Below the pieces are notes generated by a model. The model made no database searches, was not told the DNA's origin, and worked only from the letters and a program-made list of their open reading frames with translations. From Octopus sinensis (Eukaryota), in the NCBI RefSeq assembly GCF_006345805.1, contig NC_043004.1, positions 15,190,001 through 15,254,000 of the forward strand: a stretch of DNA of 64,000 nucleotides, read 5' to 3'. Position 1 is the stretch's first letter, and each line of letters starts with the position of its first letter. The position numbers were made by a program, and so were the translations under genes. This document shows positions 1 to 13,359 of this stretch, piece by piece.

Positions 1-71
<71 letters not shown>

Positions 72-3000
72 TTCAGAATTATATGTTCATAAAAATGAAC
101 ATATAGAAGCAGAGAGAGACACAAAAAAGGAATATTCCGTCCAACTTGCTACTTAATCAGAAACAATACAGAAAAGAATCTAATAGCACTGAAAGGTAGT
201 GGCCCAACATGGGCTTGGCCCTGGAGGAATCCAATAAGACAATACAATAAAATTGCGTGTATATATAAATATATATATGTGTGTGTGGGTGTGTGTGTAG
301 GAATGCATATATATATATATATATACATATGCATAAATCCATGTCCACCTATATACATGTATATATGTGGAGATACATTTCCTCATGTAAAACATACAAT
401 ACTTTCCAAAAATACTAAATAACATGCATACGCTTGCACTCACACACCGACGTACACTCTAATCATACCCATAAATATACAAGTAAAAACAAATATACAC
501 ATATGTAGATATATAGATCTATGTACAGAATACCATATTTCATATGACGAGCTTAAAGCTAGTATAAAAATCGCATTTCAAAAATTAGCAACGTTTCCCA
601 AATTATCATACTGTAGCGACATGACGTGTTAAAAGAAAGTAATTGCTATAATTAAGTATAAATGCTAGGCATGTCTTATGAATATTTTAGTACTTTGTAA
701 CCAATAATTGGTTTAAAGAATATCTCCAAACATTAGTGGTAATCAGTTAAATACTTCAATTACTTACTGGACATTGTTACAATTAAAAATAATTATTTCT
801 TGATTAACGGCAATTATAATGCCGTGTATTTTAATTTGTATAAATTAACTGCAAATGTTTCGTTTTAATCTTCCGTTGTCAATTCCATAATATTCTATAA
901 TTATGCGAATAGATTTTCTATTAGTCCAATAGTGTTTTTTTATTAAATGTCGAAATGGCGAAGTGAAGCCTTCAAACTAACGACGAGCTTGCATCTGTAT
1001 ATATACTTGTAACTGGAAGCATAAAATCAAAACCTTCGTAAAAACAAAATGTATTCGATCATAAACCTACACTATGATATAATAGCACTACCTTCATTAT
1101 CAATAACACACCACGGACATGTAAACCCAGAACGATCGGGGAGTGGTCAATGAAATATTCAAGAAATTTGATGTGGCATTGAACATATAAGTAAAACAGT
1201 ATTTTGCAGTTTCCCCATGGACTCATTAACTGCTGTTATTGCAAAACTGTATAGGCACAGAATATATTGAAATCACAGAGGAATTAATACAGAATGCTTA
1301 CACATTCTCTTGAATTGCCCATTAAAAAGGTTTAATTATGGAGACATTACTCTTGTCATAATACGATGTCATGATCAACTCGCAAACAACACATACATAA
1401 AACTATTAACACATAGTTACTGAGATACAGATCTAAGAGTTAAAAAGTTAACAGCGACAATCAAATATGGCTCGCGTATGGAATCTTTAGCGGAAACGTT
1501 TCCATGTAATAAGAAACATTTCAGTAGCTTAATGTATTAAGTTCTGGGAAAGGAGAAATTAAAGGCCTAGAAAGGTCAAGTATGAAATCTGGAACTTTAT
1601 TGTTCCAAACCAAATATTAAACACTAAAGAAACTACAAACCATCTAGAAAAAACGCATATATTCGAACACTGTCGTGTGTCCAACATCATTTCTGTAGCT
1701 GAAGGGAAGATAACCACTCCGAAACGCAAGTATATCACTGTGTGGTTAGCTAGTGCTGGGAGCTGACTCTGTGTTTGTACCCATATGTATCTACAGTGAG
1801 AAATTTTCTCTGTAACTAAATAGATTGTTTTTCTTACGGGATCCATAATGCGTCAGGCATATTTGAATGGTAGCAAGTTTGTATATATGCAGGCTTATAT
1901 ACGCTTACCTAATGCATACATAATACATACACACATACATACATACATACATACATACATACATACATACATACATACATACATACATACATGTATATGA
2001 AAGAGCCTTGTCTTATAGAAATTATTCTCTCTGCCAGAGAAGCCCAAATGTTATGTGGCAATTGGTACACATTGTAAATGCGGAGTCAATGGTCGGGAAT
2101 GGCATGTCATTAAGATCAAACGTTTCTGTATATATTAACACAATCATTAAGCACGTCTATGTGTTCAATAAGTGTCCTCTGCACAGCAATCAACCTTCCT
2201 TATCTTCAGCAGACAGCAGATTTAGACATAAACGAAACATGAAGAGAATACATATATAGCCTAGGTTATTAACATAAATTAAACGAAAATGAGCTACCAT
2301 ATAACTTATATGATATGGGATTCGTATTTGAAAACATTTGCATAAATTCGTTATCTCAAAATTAAGTAATTAATTTGTGTCTTAGTCATAATACAACTCC
2401 ATATATATTTTAAAACCAAATTTAAGAGGTTGCATTCCCCTTGTATACAAGGGCGTGGGGGAATTCCTAATTGTTGCACATTATGATATTATTGAATTAA
2501 TCAGTGAATGTTAAAAATATATTACAATAAAAAATAATTGAACAATTAACTTATTTAAACAGATTTAATAAATGCATTATAATAGAAAACCAATATAACT
2601 AAACTTTACATGCTGTATCTCTCATGTAAAAATTTATTAACATCTATGTTATAGATATAATGATATCGATATTAAAATATTTAAAGGATTCTGCAAACTT
2701 TTGAATATTTAATATGACAGAAACATATTTCCAAAAACAATTTGTTGTATTATTATAACCAAACTTATTGATATCAAGAAAAGAAATACTTTGAATAGAC
2801 ACGTATCTCCGAATTGATACGGAAATATTACAATGATGTACGAGCCAATATTGTTGTGTCAGTTTTCCTGGTTCTAAAGCAATCACTTTATTCATTTGAA
2901 ACAATTCACAGTCGTAGACAGCGTTGATTCACTGTAGACATATTTCATTTATAATGCTCAAAGCAGAAATTGCACTACATGGCATGTGTCTCCAATACCA

Positions 3001-4137
3001 TATTTAAATTAAATTCCAGATTTTCAAATATTTCCTTAATCTATCAGCATTGTGCAATGAACGCATAAATCTATAATATTTTACTGGTCTAGAGAGCCAA
3101 TCAATTGTGTTTACCAAACTTTTGTTTCAATATAGGAATAGTATCGTTAAATATATTTTCTTAATATTTGTTTACATGTTAAAACTTCTCTCGCATAATA
3201 AATGCTTTTCCTCGATTCTATTATATTAAAACATTCCAACTAATTTTTAATTTAACATTGACTAGTTATTACTTAGATATATGTTGATGTGTGTGTGTGT
3301 GTGTGAGTGTGTGCGACTTTGCATGAGCATGTTTCTGTGTATCTGTGTGTGAGTGTATGCATATATGTATTTATGTATAACAATTCAATATTTTACATTT
3401 GTATTACTCATAGTTTGGTATTATCAGATATGGAAATCTATCCCAGATTCGGGTGTTGATTGATTGGAGTAGATACGAATAAGAGCTTATTTTCATCTGG
3501 GTTGGAAAGCATATACATATATTTGTAATCCTATATTCCATCAGACATATTACACGGAATATACTAAGAAGAAAAAAAGAGAGAATCTATACGATATATA
3601 CGTAAAGGAAATAGATTTTAGATCAAAGAACATATGGCATGTAGTAAAAGATCAGAAAACAAAACTTGAGTTGAATATGAAAGCAGAAAATTGGAAAATT
3701 TTATTTCTTTGAAGTGTTTTCATGTCATAATGATTCATCGGTTGTTAGCATTTCCAACACTACATTTCGGCCATCTCATGATTATGTTCCGAGATCAGCG
3801 TAGAAGAAATCTTCCATGCACGTGGCATCAAAATTTGACGCTACACAGACACACACACTCACGCGTATGTGCGCGCGCGTGGTTCTTTCAGTTATAAGTC
3901 TGTGATAGCACGGAATCGGATGTTGTTAGCTGAAAAGGTAACAAGTTCCTTCCTCAAAATCGAATTGTTTCCTTGAAGTTGGGTGTCGAGTATCAATTAA
4001 TTTGCTATAACATGATTTAAAAATTATTTCGGTATTTTCGCTTACTCTTGCGAACTTCATTTACTGTGCATTGTATCTGATGGTATATGTAATAATTATA
4101 TGCGTATAGTTATATGCATGTGTATATATATATATAT

Positions 4138-4410
<273 letters not shown>

Positions 4411-4644
4411 TTTATATCAAATTATAAATACAAGCATATATGGGTACAGGACGTCAATAACGGTGTAAATAGTATGATATACGTAAATAAATGAGGGAAA
4501 AACGAGTGAAATATGTAAATAACGCGGAAAATGGAAAACAGGACAAGCAAACAGAGAAAGGAACGCTCATAAGTTGTCGGCTGTCTATATACTCCTCACG
4601 TGTGTGTATGTGTGCCTGCATGTGAGCAGGCACACATACACACG

Positions 4645-4705
<61 letters not shown>

Positions 4706-5300
4706 TATATATATATACATGTATAGGTGTGTGTGTATGTATGTAAAATGTTTTTTGAAAATTCGAAAAGGGGCGCTGACGTAAATTTTCAGTACTCCTT
4801 TATTATCCTTCACTACTGTGAAAAATATGAGGCTCTCATTTGGAGTAGGCTCCACTTTTAACATTTCTGTCGGTCTTGTTATGAGTTCACTTTTCTTTTG
4901 TTAGTCCTTGCTGTTTATTACTTTTTTTTTTGTATTTATTGTACTTATTCTGCGATAAATTACACTATTTGTTCTTTCTTCGCCTTCTGTTGCTCCTTAC
5001 AAGGCGATTGCTGGTGCTCTTTGTTCCTAAAATCCAAGAACTCGCTTCCTTTTCAATTGCTCTCTGAACCAGGCATTAAAACATCTTCACTAACATACCC
5101 AGTATTGTAACGATGGTCTTTTAGACTCTATTGCTTCCTATGCGGCTTTCACTTCTCTCCTGTTCATCCGCTCTTGAGTAAAAGAAGCCTCTAGTGTGGT
5201 TATCATTACGTCATTCCCAATGACTGGATCTCTATTGTCCTACCCCTTCTGATTACAGACTGAATCGTCTCTCTCACTCACTCTGTCTTTCTCTCTCTCT

Positions 5301-5350
<50 letters not shown>

Positions 5351-5409
5351 TGATGCAAATAATATATATATATATAATATATATATATATGAATAAAAAT
5401 ACACACAGA

Positions 5410-5628
5410 CATATAAGCACACTACCGCGTGTGCATCGTTGGCGATTTTTTTCCCCCGTCTTCCCTTCCTTGGATCTTTCTTTTTCCTATGTTTCTAACA
5501 AAGAGCTCCGCTTGAAACGTTAAATCCCCCTTCGTTCTTTCCTTTCCTGAGCGTTCAATAACACTATACTTGTTCCACGTCCTTACGTTGTTGTGTTTTC
5601 TCTGTGTGTTTTCATGTTTAGATTAACT
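5410..5628 (+). mobile_element. PLE-like pseudo-LTR remnant with a degenerate hammerhead (5492-5525)
   Basis: CTAACAA (two G>A changes from CTGACGA), AGAGC-TCC-GCTT stem, then GAAACGTT-AAA. Lies between (TA)n tracts. Confidence 0.5.
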
Positions 5629-6324
5629 ATATATATATATATATATATATAGGTATGAAGAGAAAGAAGAACAGAGAGAGAGAGAGAGAGTGAGCGAGAA
5701 GGGAGAAAAACAGACAGAGAAAAATTGACACAGTTGTCTAAACATAAAACTATCCGAGAAAACATGGCATTTGGACTGTAGAAATTTTTGTCAATGATAA
5801 TTTTGTGTATTTTTAGTAGTTATTGAATCTGTCTCTGAAAAAAAAGTATTTGCATATATCAATATTATTGCTTTGTGTTTGATTGCATAATTTGGTTTCC
5901 TCTCTTTACTGTCTGAAATCGATTACTCCTGGCTTTTACCCTTATTAACCACCAAGAACATTTTGGTATTGGTTTAGATTCTACGTTCATTGACTATAGT
6001 GGAAAATATGCAAAATATTGGACTTCTAGTAAAAAAAAAGACTTTCGTGTTATTGGGAAGACCAAGTTTTACACACAAATCGACATATAGTTGATGGTGG
6101 CAAACCCGATACATTACAATTATGCATTATATATATTTCAAATCGGAATATTCAAAAGTAGATTATAGAGCTATGCAACCAAACTTTATAGGACGCTCAC
6201 TTTTAAAGTCTAATGATTTTACATAGTAATTGCCTTTATTATTATCATTCTCATTATCGTTATTATTATCATTATTATTATAGGCAACCCACAGCTTATT
6301 TTGCTGGGTATGATGGACAGTGTC

Positions 6325-6383
<59 letters not shown>

Positions 6384-6458
6384 TTATCATTTACATTAGC
6401 AGCAGCAGCAGCAATAGTAGTAGTAGTAGTAGTAGTAGTAGTTGTAGTAGTAGTAGTA

Positions 6459-6512
<54 letters not shown>

Positions 6513-6520
6513 ATAGCAGC
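6325..6520. repeat. Compound trinucleotide microsatellite (TTA)n-(AGC)n-(AGT)n
   Basis: Direct reading; the source of the poly-I/L/V/S/T ORFs. Confidence 0.97.
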
Positions 6521-6704
6521 CATTTCTTCTCGATCTGAATGAGAAGGAGTGTTAAGTTCAAGCATCAATAATTGAAGTGACATTAGGGTGATGATTTTTG
6601 GTTTCTGTTCAAGGTGCCTCGTGTTTGTTTCTGCCATAAGCATAAACCCTACCAGGGCAGTAATTGCTTTACATTCACGACGGTCGTTCATATGACTTAG
6701 TCAT

Positions 6705-6790
6705 ATGCAGAAACGTTAGGACGCCGGGCCAAATGCGTAGCCCTATTTCGTCTGCCGTTACTTTCTGAGTTCAAATTTCGCCGAGGTCTA
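6705..6790 (+). mobile_element. SINE family A, 5' fragment
   Basis: GCAGAAACGTTAGGACGCCGGGCC...CTGAGTTCAAATTTCGCCGAGGTC. Confidence 0.75.
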
Positions 6791-9298
6791 GTCGTATTAG
6801 TAGTAGTAGTAGTATCATTATGATTACCGTGATTTGAAAATATAATAAAACTTACTAAGAGCTGAAAGAGACGTTAAGATTTATTCAAGTTAGCAAGAGA
6901 ATAACATGTTTTCTTAAAATGCACCGCCACTACTCCCTCCAACACTTATTGAAGTCTTAAAGGCACACCGATGTATATACCATTCCCAGACACATCCCTC
7001 ATACTTTTGCCTGAAATGATACTCGCTGATTACTTGCTCTCTGCTGAGAATAAAGTGGATGGAAATGTAATAAGAGACAGCTCGAAGTTTGTAATAAATA
7101 CGTGGGAGTTTAGCTTCAAAGCAGATTTCAGAGAAATAGCTAACACATCAAAATGCTTTGGCTTGAATACATATAAATGAAGCTGAAATTAGTATGAATT
7201 GTTAAATTTAAGAAAAAAATCTTTGAAAGTACACATAACTATTTAATTAGTGCGCACAGAATGAAAACACCTCAATTAGTCATGACAAATTAGCTGATGG
7301 ACCGAAAGATCAGATAATAGATGAGTTCTCACAATATATCTGATTAAGAGAATTAAATCACGTGATTTCACCACTACCGTTGTAATTTATTAATTTCGCT
7401 AATGAAAGATGTTGCAATATTTAACAAAATATTTAGAATATGGTATATTTCTTTTTATAGATTAGAAATCAATATCATTATTTCGTTGGTGGTCTGTAAT
7501 AAATGAAGACTAGTTGATTTATGCAACTAAATAGATTGGATTATTTGTTCAGCCACTTTACACAGAGAAATCGATTTGTCTTTTTAATATTTAACCGATA
7601 CATTCATTATCAGCAAGTGTATGTATGTAATTATGCGTGTATAGATACATAGGCTGCTCATGTTAACATTCTTTGAAAGTGCAAATTTTGCATCTCTAAT
7701 AAATGCACGGTATCACCTGCATTTATTATCTCTAATACATGCACAGAGTTTCGTACCCATTTCAAGTATTTTATTGCATTTAGTATCTAACATATACTAG
7801 TGGTTACCAAACCATGGGTCGCAACACATATTGGGTCTCAATAATTCAGAGATTTTTCCTTTTAATAATATTTGACTATGTCTCAAATGCCATAACAAAA
7901 GGGCTACACATAATCTTTTACAGCCCAAAAAAAGAAAGGAAAGAAACAGAAAAAAGGAATCAGAAAGAAACAAATTCCCAAAGAGAGGCATAAAAGTTGG
8001 TATGGGATTTTTAGCTCTGTATCTAAAAGAGTATTACTGCAGTTTTCTTTTATATCTTTCTTTTATGGGTTCTATACCCGCTATAGTGGGAGCCACATCG
8101 AGCGATTGGATGGGTTCTGTGATTTTCCAGAGCACGAAATAGAGAAACCATGTTGCTCTTATAGAGAAATGTCCCACTCAACAACGTGGATTATTGATTA
8201 CAGTTATAGTAAATACCGCAGAACGCTGGCAAGCCATCGCCGCTACAAGAAGATAGCCTCTGTGTAACTGGTGGACAATTGAGCGATGGCAGAAGCTGAG
8301 CAGAAGCTGAGAGAAGATGCAAAAGATATGCCGAGGAAATTCTAGCACACGTCTTTGGGACTGAAATTTATACTATTGACTAGACTGTTTGCCATCAAAA
8401 ATTATCCTATCTCACTTCAGAATCAGAGCCTAATAATACCAGTTTAGTCTCGAATGCCCACAAACGTGTGATACATTGTCAGAAAGCATAGAGATCTCTG
8501 AGGTGTAGATGTGGGTGTATTCAAATAACAATTAGGGAGATTTTTATGATATACAAACTGAACCCATACCGTAAGGCAGAAATGCAAGATGCAGCTCAGT
8601 CCAAATCACTATTTCATCAGAATCGACTCTGGGAAGAGGATAGGAAAGTGAGTCTAAAATAAACGAGCATAGGCTCAAATGTCAATGTCCCCGCCAGACC
8701 GCATACTTTGCTTGTAACAGTTAACAGAAAGATAGAATGGGAACTAATCTGCATACAAATTATTCGTTGATTCCATGTTCATTTATCATTTATCTCTTCT
8801 GCTAATTTGAATCATAAATATGATTAAATGCTCTCTTTATATAAATGTTTTCCTTATATATTATTTTTATATCTGAAAATTATTATCAGTGATACTTTAA
8901 TCTTGTAAGCAAGATATTTATCAAAATCTATTCTATTGGTGTAAGCATTAATTTATTACATAACGTGGAATTAATTCAGAATCGCTTGTAACAAATAAGT
9001 CGTCTATTTGAAAAGTATAAAACATACAAAAAGCATGTGTATTAGATGCTTCAAAATGATTTGTGAGAGATTATACGAACGATTTGTGTCTTAAATAAAA
9101 CATACAGAGGATACATACAAATTGCATAAGAATTAGTATACGAAACGTTTCACTGAAGCATAAATATAAATTAAATTATAATAAAAAGGGAGAAGAACAA
9201 AGATAAAGTATTATTACATCGTAATTTCAAAAATGAAATTTAGGGTCGAATTACATCGAGTCCATACACTGCGCATTAGTATAAACTATGTTTCAATA

Positions 9299-9510
9299 AG
9301 GCGGTGAGATTGTAGAATGGTTAGCATGCCTGATAAAATACTTAGTGGCATTTCGTCCGTCGTTACGTTCTGAGTTCAAATTCCGCCGGGGTCGACTTTG
9401 CCTTTGAGCCGGAGTCAATGAAATAAGTACCAGTTCAACGCTGTGCTCAATATAATCAGCTAAGCCTCCCCGTCCAATTGGTAGACTTGTACCAAAATTT
9501 GAAAGCAATA
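9299..9510 (+). mobile_element. SINE family A
   Basis: AAGGCGGTGAGATTGTAGAATGGTTAGC...GAGTTCAAATTCCGCCGGGGTCGACTTTGCC. Confidence 0.85.
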
Positions 9511-9628
9511 TTATTAAGTGCAATGTTACAATAATTTTCATATGTTAAAATAAAATGTAACTAATTACGATATAGGATTTCGATTCATCCCAAACTACTA
9601 TTATTCGTTATATATATATATATATATA

Positions 9629-10013
9629 ATGTGAAATAGAAAGATGAATAATCTTGTAGTAGATTAATCAAAAGTTTAACCGATACCTTAGTAGCAAAAA
9701 TCACAGCAGTGAACAGCACGGTTGGAGGTACAACCATCTGGCGTTGCAACCGTGCGTTGGTGCGGATAATTGAAATTAAAACATTATTGGTGAATTGAAG
9801 AAATGGAGCTGAACGCAGATTGAACAGAAATCGTTTTATTTCATTCTACACGTGTTTTAATTTTAATTTCAATTATCCGCACCAACGCACGGTTGCAACG
9901 CCAGATGGTTGTACCTCCAACCGTGCTGTTCACTGCTGTGATTTTTGCTACTAAGGTATCGGTTAAACTTTTGATTAATCTACTACAAGATTATTCATCT
10001 TTCTAGTTCACAT
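9629..10013. repeat. 153-bp inverted repeat (one mismatch) with 79-bp spacer at the PLE 5' end
   Basis: 9629-9781 is the reverse complement of 9861-10013, differing only at GAAATAG versus GAACTAG. Confidence 0.95.
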
Positions 10014-10061
10014 AATACATACCGCTTCGTCAAGAAACTGCTACTTTAACCGACGCCAATA

Positions 10062-12748
10062 ATGGAGTTGTTCGAGATTGATGCGTCCCTTAAGGATATT
10101 CCTATACCACCAAAGGATGCCTTCCTTAAGGAGTTGGTTTGTAAAACCAACGCATTCATAAACCGGATAAGATGGCTCATTTTCTTCCACGAGAACGAAG
10201 ATCTAAAATCGAACCGGACAACTGCATCGTCCGAATACGGCCGGCTTTTTAAAACATTGGATACGCCGCCACCGAACCCAAGACTGAAGAAGTTTGAGGA
10301 CGACTTGTGGGACATAGTTAGAAAGATTAAGTTCAGGAAGTCACCCAGGAGAAATGCCCACCTCAGATACCTAGATAAAATTACCAAGGACATTAATAGA
10401 ACGGACGGAGTCCTGGTCCAGTCCGACAAGACCAGGAACACATACAAGATGCCCATTAAGCAGTACCTAGATTTACTCGGTAAAGAGATCAAGAAAAATT
10501 ATAGAAAAACCAATTGGAGTACCCTGAGGAAGGTAAACTTGGAAATTAAGGATATAATATTTAAACACCGAATTCAAATGAGAACTCAGCCGCTTAGCCC
10601 CAAGCAACCCAGATTTATAGTGAAGGACCATAAACCTAACTTCCACACCAACCCAGCGCTAAGACTCATATGCCCTGCTAGATCTGATATCGGGATAATC
10701 AGTAAGTACATTTTAGATAAATATATCCCTAGTTTAGTAAACAAGCTGAAGCTCAGCCTCTGGGCCAACTCCTCGCAGGTAGTGAAGTGGTTCTCTTCCA
10801 TCCCCAATAAGAACCGTACTAGGTTCATTCAGTTTGATATCGCCAGCTTCTACCCCTCGATTAACCCTAGTGTGCTAAATAAGGCCCTCTGGCATGCTCA
10901 CAACAAGGCAGGCCTCACCAGAGAAGAGATAGATATCATTTTAGTTGCCAGGAAATCGTTTATTAAGTTTGATAATAAGCTGTGGATCCGTAAGGATACT
11001 CCCAATGAATTTGATGTGCCTATGGGTAGTTCGGATAGTGCGCAGATAGCCGATTTGGTCGGAATATATATTCTCTACGAATTGTCCGATCAATTCCCGG
11101 AGATCGCGGGCGGCCTGTATTGTGACGATTGTCTGTTTTACCTGCAAAACACCACGAACAGAATAGTGCAGAAAACTAAGAGCAGGTTAGCTAGGTTTTT
11201 TAATAGAATGGGCATGAGTATAGTTTTTGATAATGAACTCACCAAGGCTAATTTCCTAGACGTTACACTTAACCTTAATAGCGACTCATACTGCCCTTAC
11301 CATAAGCCTTCCACTAATTTGAAGTATGTCAGTGTCTTCTCAAATCATGCCAAAACCGTAACAGACAATTTGGTTAAAAACATCTCTCTAAGATTGTCTG
11401 GCTTGTCCGCCAGTGCCGATATTTTTATGCAGAAAGCGGATTTTTATAACGCCGCACTATCCAAGGCCGGTTATAGGCAGAAGGTAATTTATATTGATCC
11501 GGCCCTTCCGATGCCATCATTCGGTCATCAGGATAGGGCCGTATATAATAACATTAACATTTTAAGTAAGGACGGGAGCGCGGCGGATACCGGGGTAGTC
11601 GCTCCCGCATTTAATTTAGCGAACAAGGATAATTATCGGTCCGGGAGGTCTTACACTAACCCAAGACCCGTTATTCATCCGAGAATCACCCACCCAAATG
11701 CGAGAGCTGGCGTCCCGACCCATCACACTGATAGGAATAAGCATATATGGTTTGTAATCCCCTTTGGTAAGCAGATTAGAACTAACCTCCCCCTCATGTT
11801 TAGACAAGCCATCGCCAATAACTTCCCCAGAAATTCCAAATATTACTCCACGGTTAACTCACATAAAGTTAGGATAGCTTTCTCCAACACTAAAAACCTC
11901 GCCCAGATAATCGCCTCCCATAATAATAGGCTACTTACTAAGACCCTATCACCTTTTTCCGGAGGCACAGCCTCTTCCGCTCCCGGTTTAATGCTCAGTA
12001 GGAATAATTATAGTAGTAATAATGATATGAGAGCCAGTACAGTGACACATAATCTCAGCTCCAGCCAGGGAGTACCCACTAGGGGTTTAGTTATAAATAG
12101 GGGAGTTGTGGTTGATGGTAACAATGGGAGTAGGGTAGAGAGCCCCTTTAGCATCCCCAGCATCATTTCCCGCAATAGCAGTACCACGGGCAGTAGCAAT
12201 GACAGCACTCTGATAGATAGTGGAGAATCAGGGGTTATTCCTATAGTTAATAGTGACGTAGTGGAAAATAGAGTAGTAAGCGGCTGCAGGTCTCGGAACG
12301 AATATAGTGACAGGAACGCAGTTCTAATTTCAGAAACCAATCCTAGCAGAGTAAGATTCACGTCGGCGAACTCCAAGATCAAAAACGCCGTCTACCAATG
12401 CAAGGTTTACACGGACTCAGATGCCTTCACTTATATAGGGGCATCATCCTCAAGATTGTCTTTGCGTGTCTCCAACCATTACGCAACTTTTCGGGACGTG
12501 AACAAGCGCCAGACCACGGGACTCAGTAAGCTAATATGGCGACTGAAGGATGCGAACTTAAGCTATAGGCTGGAATGGTCAATTTTGTCGGTGGCCCTCC
12601 ATTTGATAGGGGCAGAAGACAGTGCAACCTTTGTGTCTCCGAACTCTTCCATATTTTGTTTGCCAGAGGCCGGATGGTAAACGGGCTCTTACAGTCGGCT
12701 TTTCGATGCCCCCATTGGCGGCGTTACACTTATCTGGCCTTTAAATAG
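10062..12748 (+). CDS. PLE polyprotein: reverse transcriptase + GIY-YIG endonuclease (872-aa ORF to 12680; the probable native C-terminus continues in the -1 frame 12596-12748)
   Basis: RT motifs FIQFDIASFYPSI (D at 10836), VPMGSSDSAQIADLVG (11019), GLYCDD (11118-11129), NFLDVTLNL. Endonuclease AVYQCKV...YIG (12387-12440) followed by RVSNHYATF and TGLSKLIWRLK...WSIL. The shifted frame gives PPFDRGRRQCNLCVSELFHIL...FRCPH...*, matching the PLE CxxC...CxH terminal motif. Confidence 0.92.
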
Positions 12749-13359
12749 CGTTTATAAATAAGACCGGCACCCATAGCCCTTGGTAACAAATTCTGAAATA
12801 GCTTTTAAGATATCTACAATTAACCACTGCAAGGGAAATTACTCCTGTAAGACAAACGGGGCTTGTTTTTTCACAGCGGGGGGTTTCCTTGTCAAGGCAG
12901 GCTTAGATGAACACACACACACACACATAAAACATAAAATATATATATATAATTTCTTTATTTTTTTTTCTTTCTGCCACCCAACGGTTATCACGGCAGT
13001 AGCCACTGACAGCCGAACGATCAAACGCACACACGTACACAAAAAATGTTTTCTACCCCTACGCCAACACACACATATATAGAACAGTATACACACACAC
13101 ACGTCTCTAAGTAGATTTTTTCTCGCCCCTTATAAAACATCCAATATTCTTTAAATAGTCAGAACTTTATTCTCGGTCACAAAGAACATCTATACACCCT
13201 CACCCACATGATTGACCGATGCCTGACCTGTTGAATTCTTCAGCCACCGGTTCTCAACATACACTGATAAACAGTTTCGCCATGGGCTCTTAGGAGCACA
13301 GTTCGTTTTGTTTTTTGCTCTGCCTCTGTTCTGTTTTTGTTTTTCCAACGGATTTCCTT

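Noticed and set aside
80-105. 11-bp hairpin TATATGTTCAT-AAAA-ATGAACATATA; similar short hairpin at 45104-45175
   Set aside because: Short AT-rich or imperfect stems with no associated element; no bacterial terminator logic applies here.
2451-2467. GC-box plus NF-kB-like GGGAATTCC; also TGACGTCA at 62577
   Set aside because: Short motifs expected by chance in 64 kb, with no promoter context.
4420-4600. Possible further PLE remnant with CTTATGAG on the minus strand
   Set aside because: Only half of a core and no matching GAAA/stem III found; cannot be supported from sequence alone.
8200-8530. Possible RTE-LINE ORF2 relic (ERRCKRYAEEIL...EPNNTSL)
   Set aside because: Resemblance is weak and broken by many stops; needs a profile search.
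10046-12382. Antisense ORFs overlapping the PLE ORF (148, 80, 68, 63 and 124 aa)
   Set aside because: Shadow frames of a long coding sequence with no recognisable motifs.
13262-13300. Antisense hammerhead-like string CTAAGA-GCC-CAT-GGC-GAAACTG...CAGTG
   Set aside because: The core lacks a G, the cleavage triplet would be GUG, and stem I does not follow directly; probably chance.
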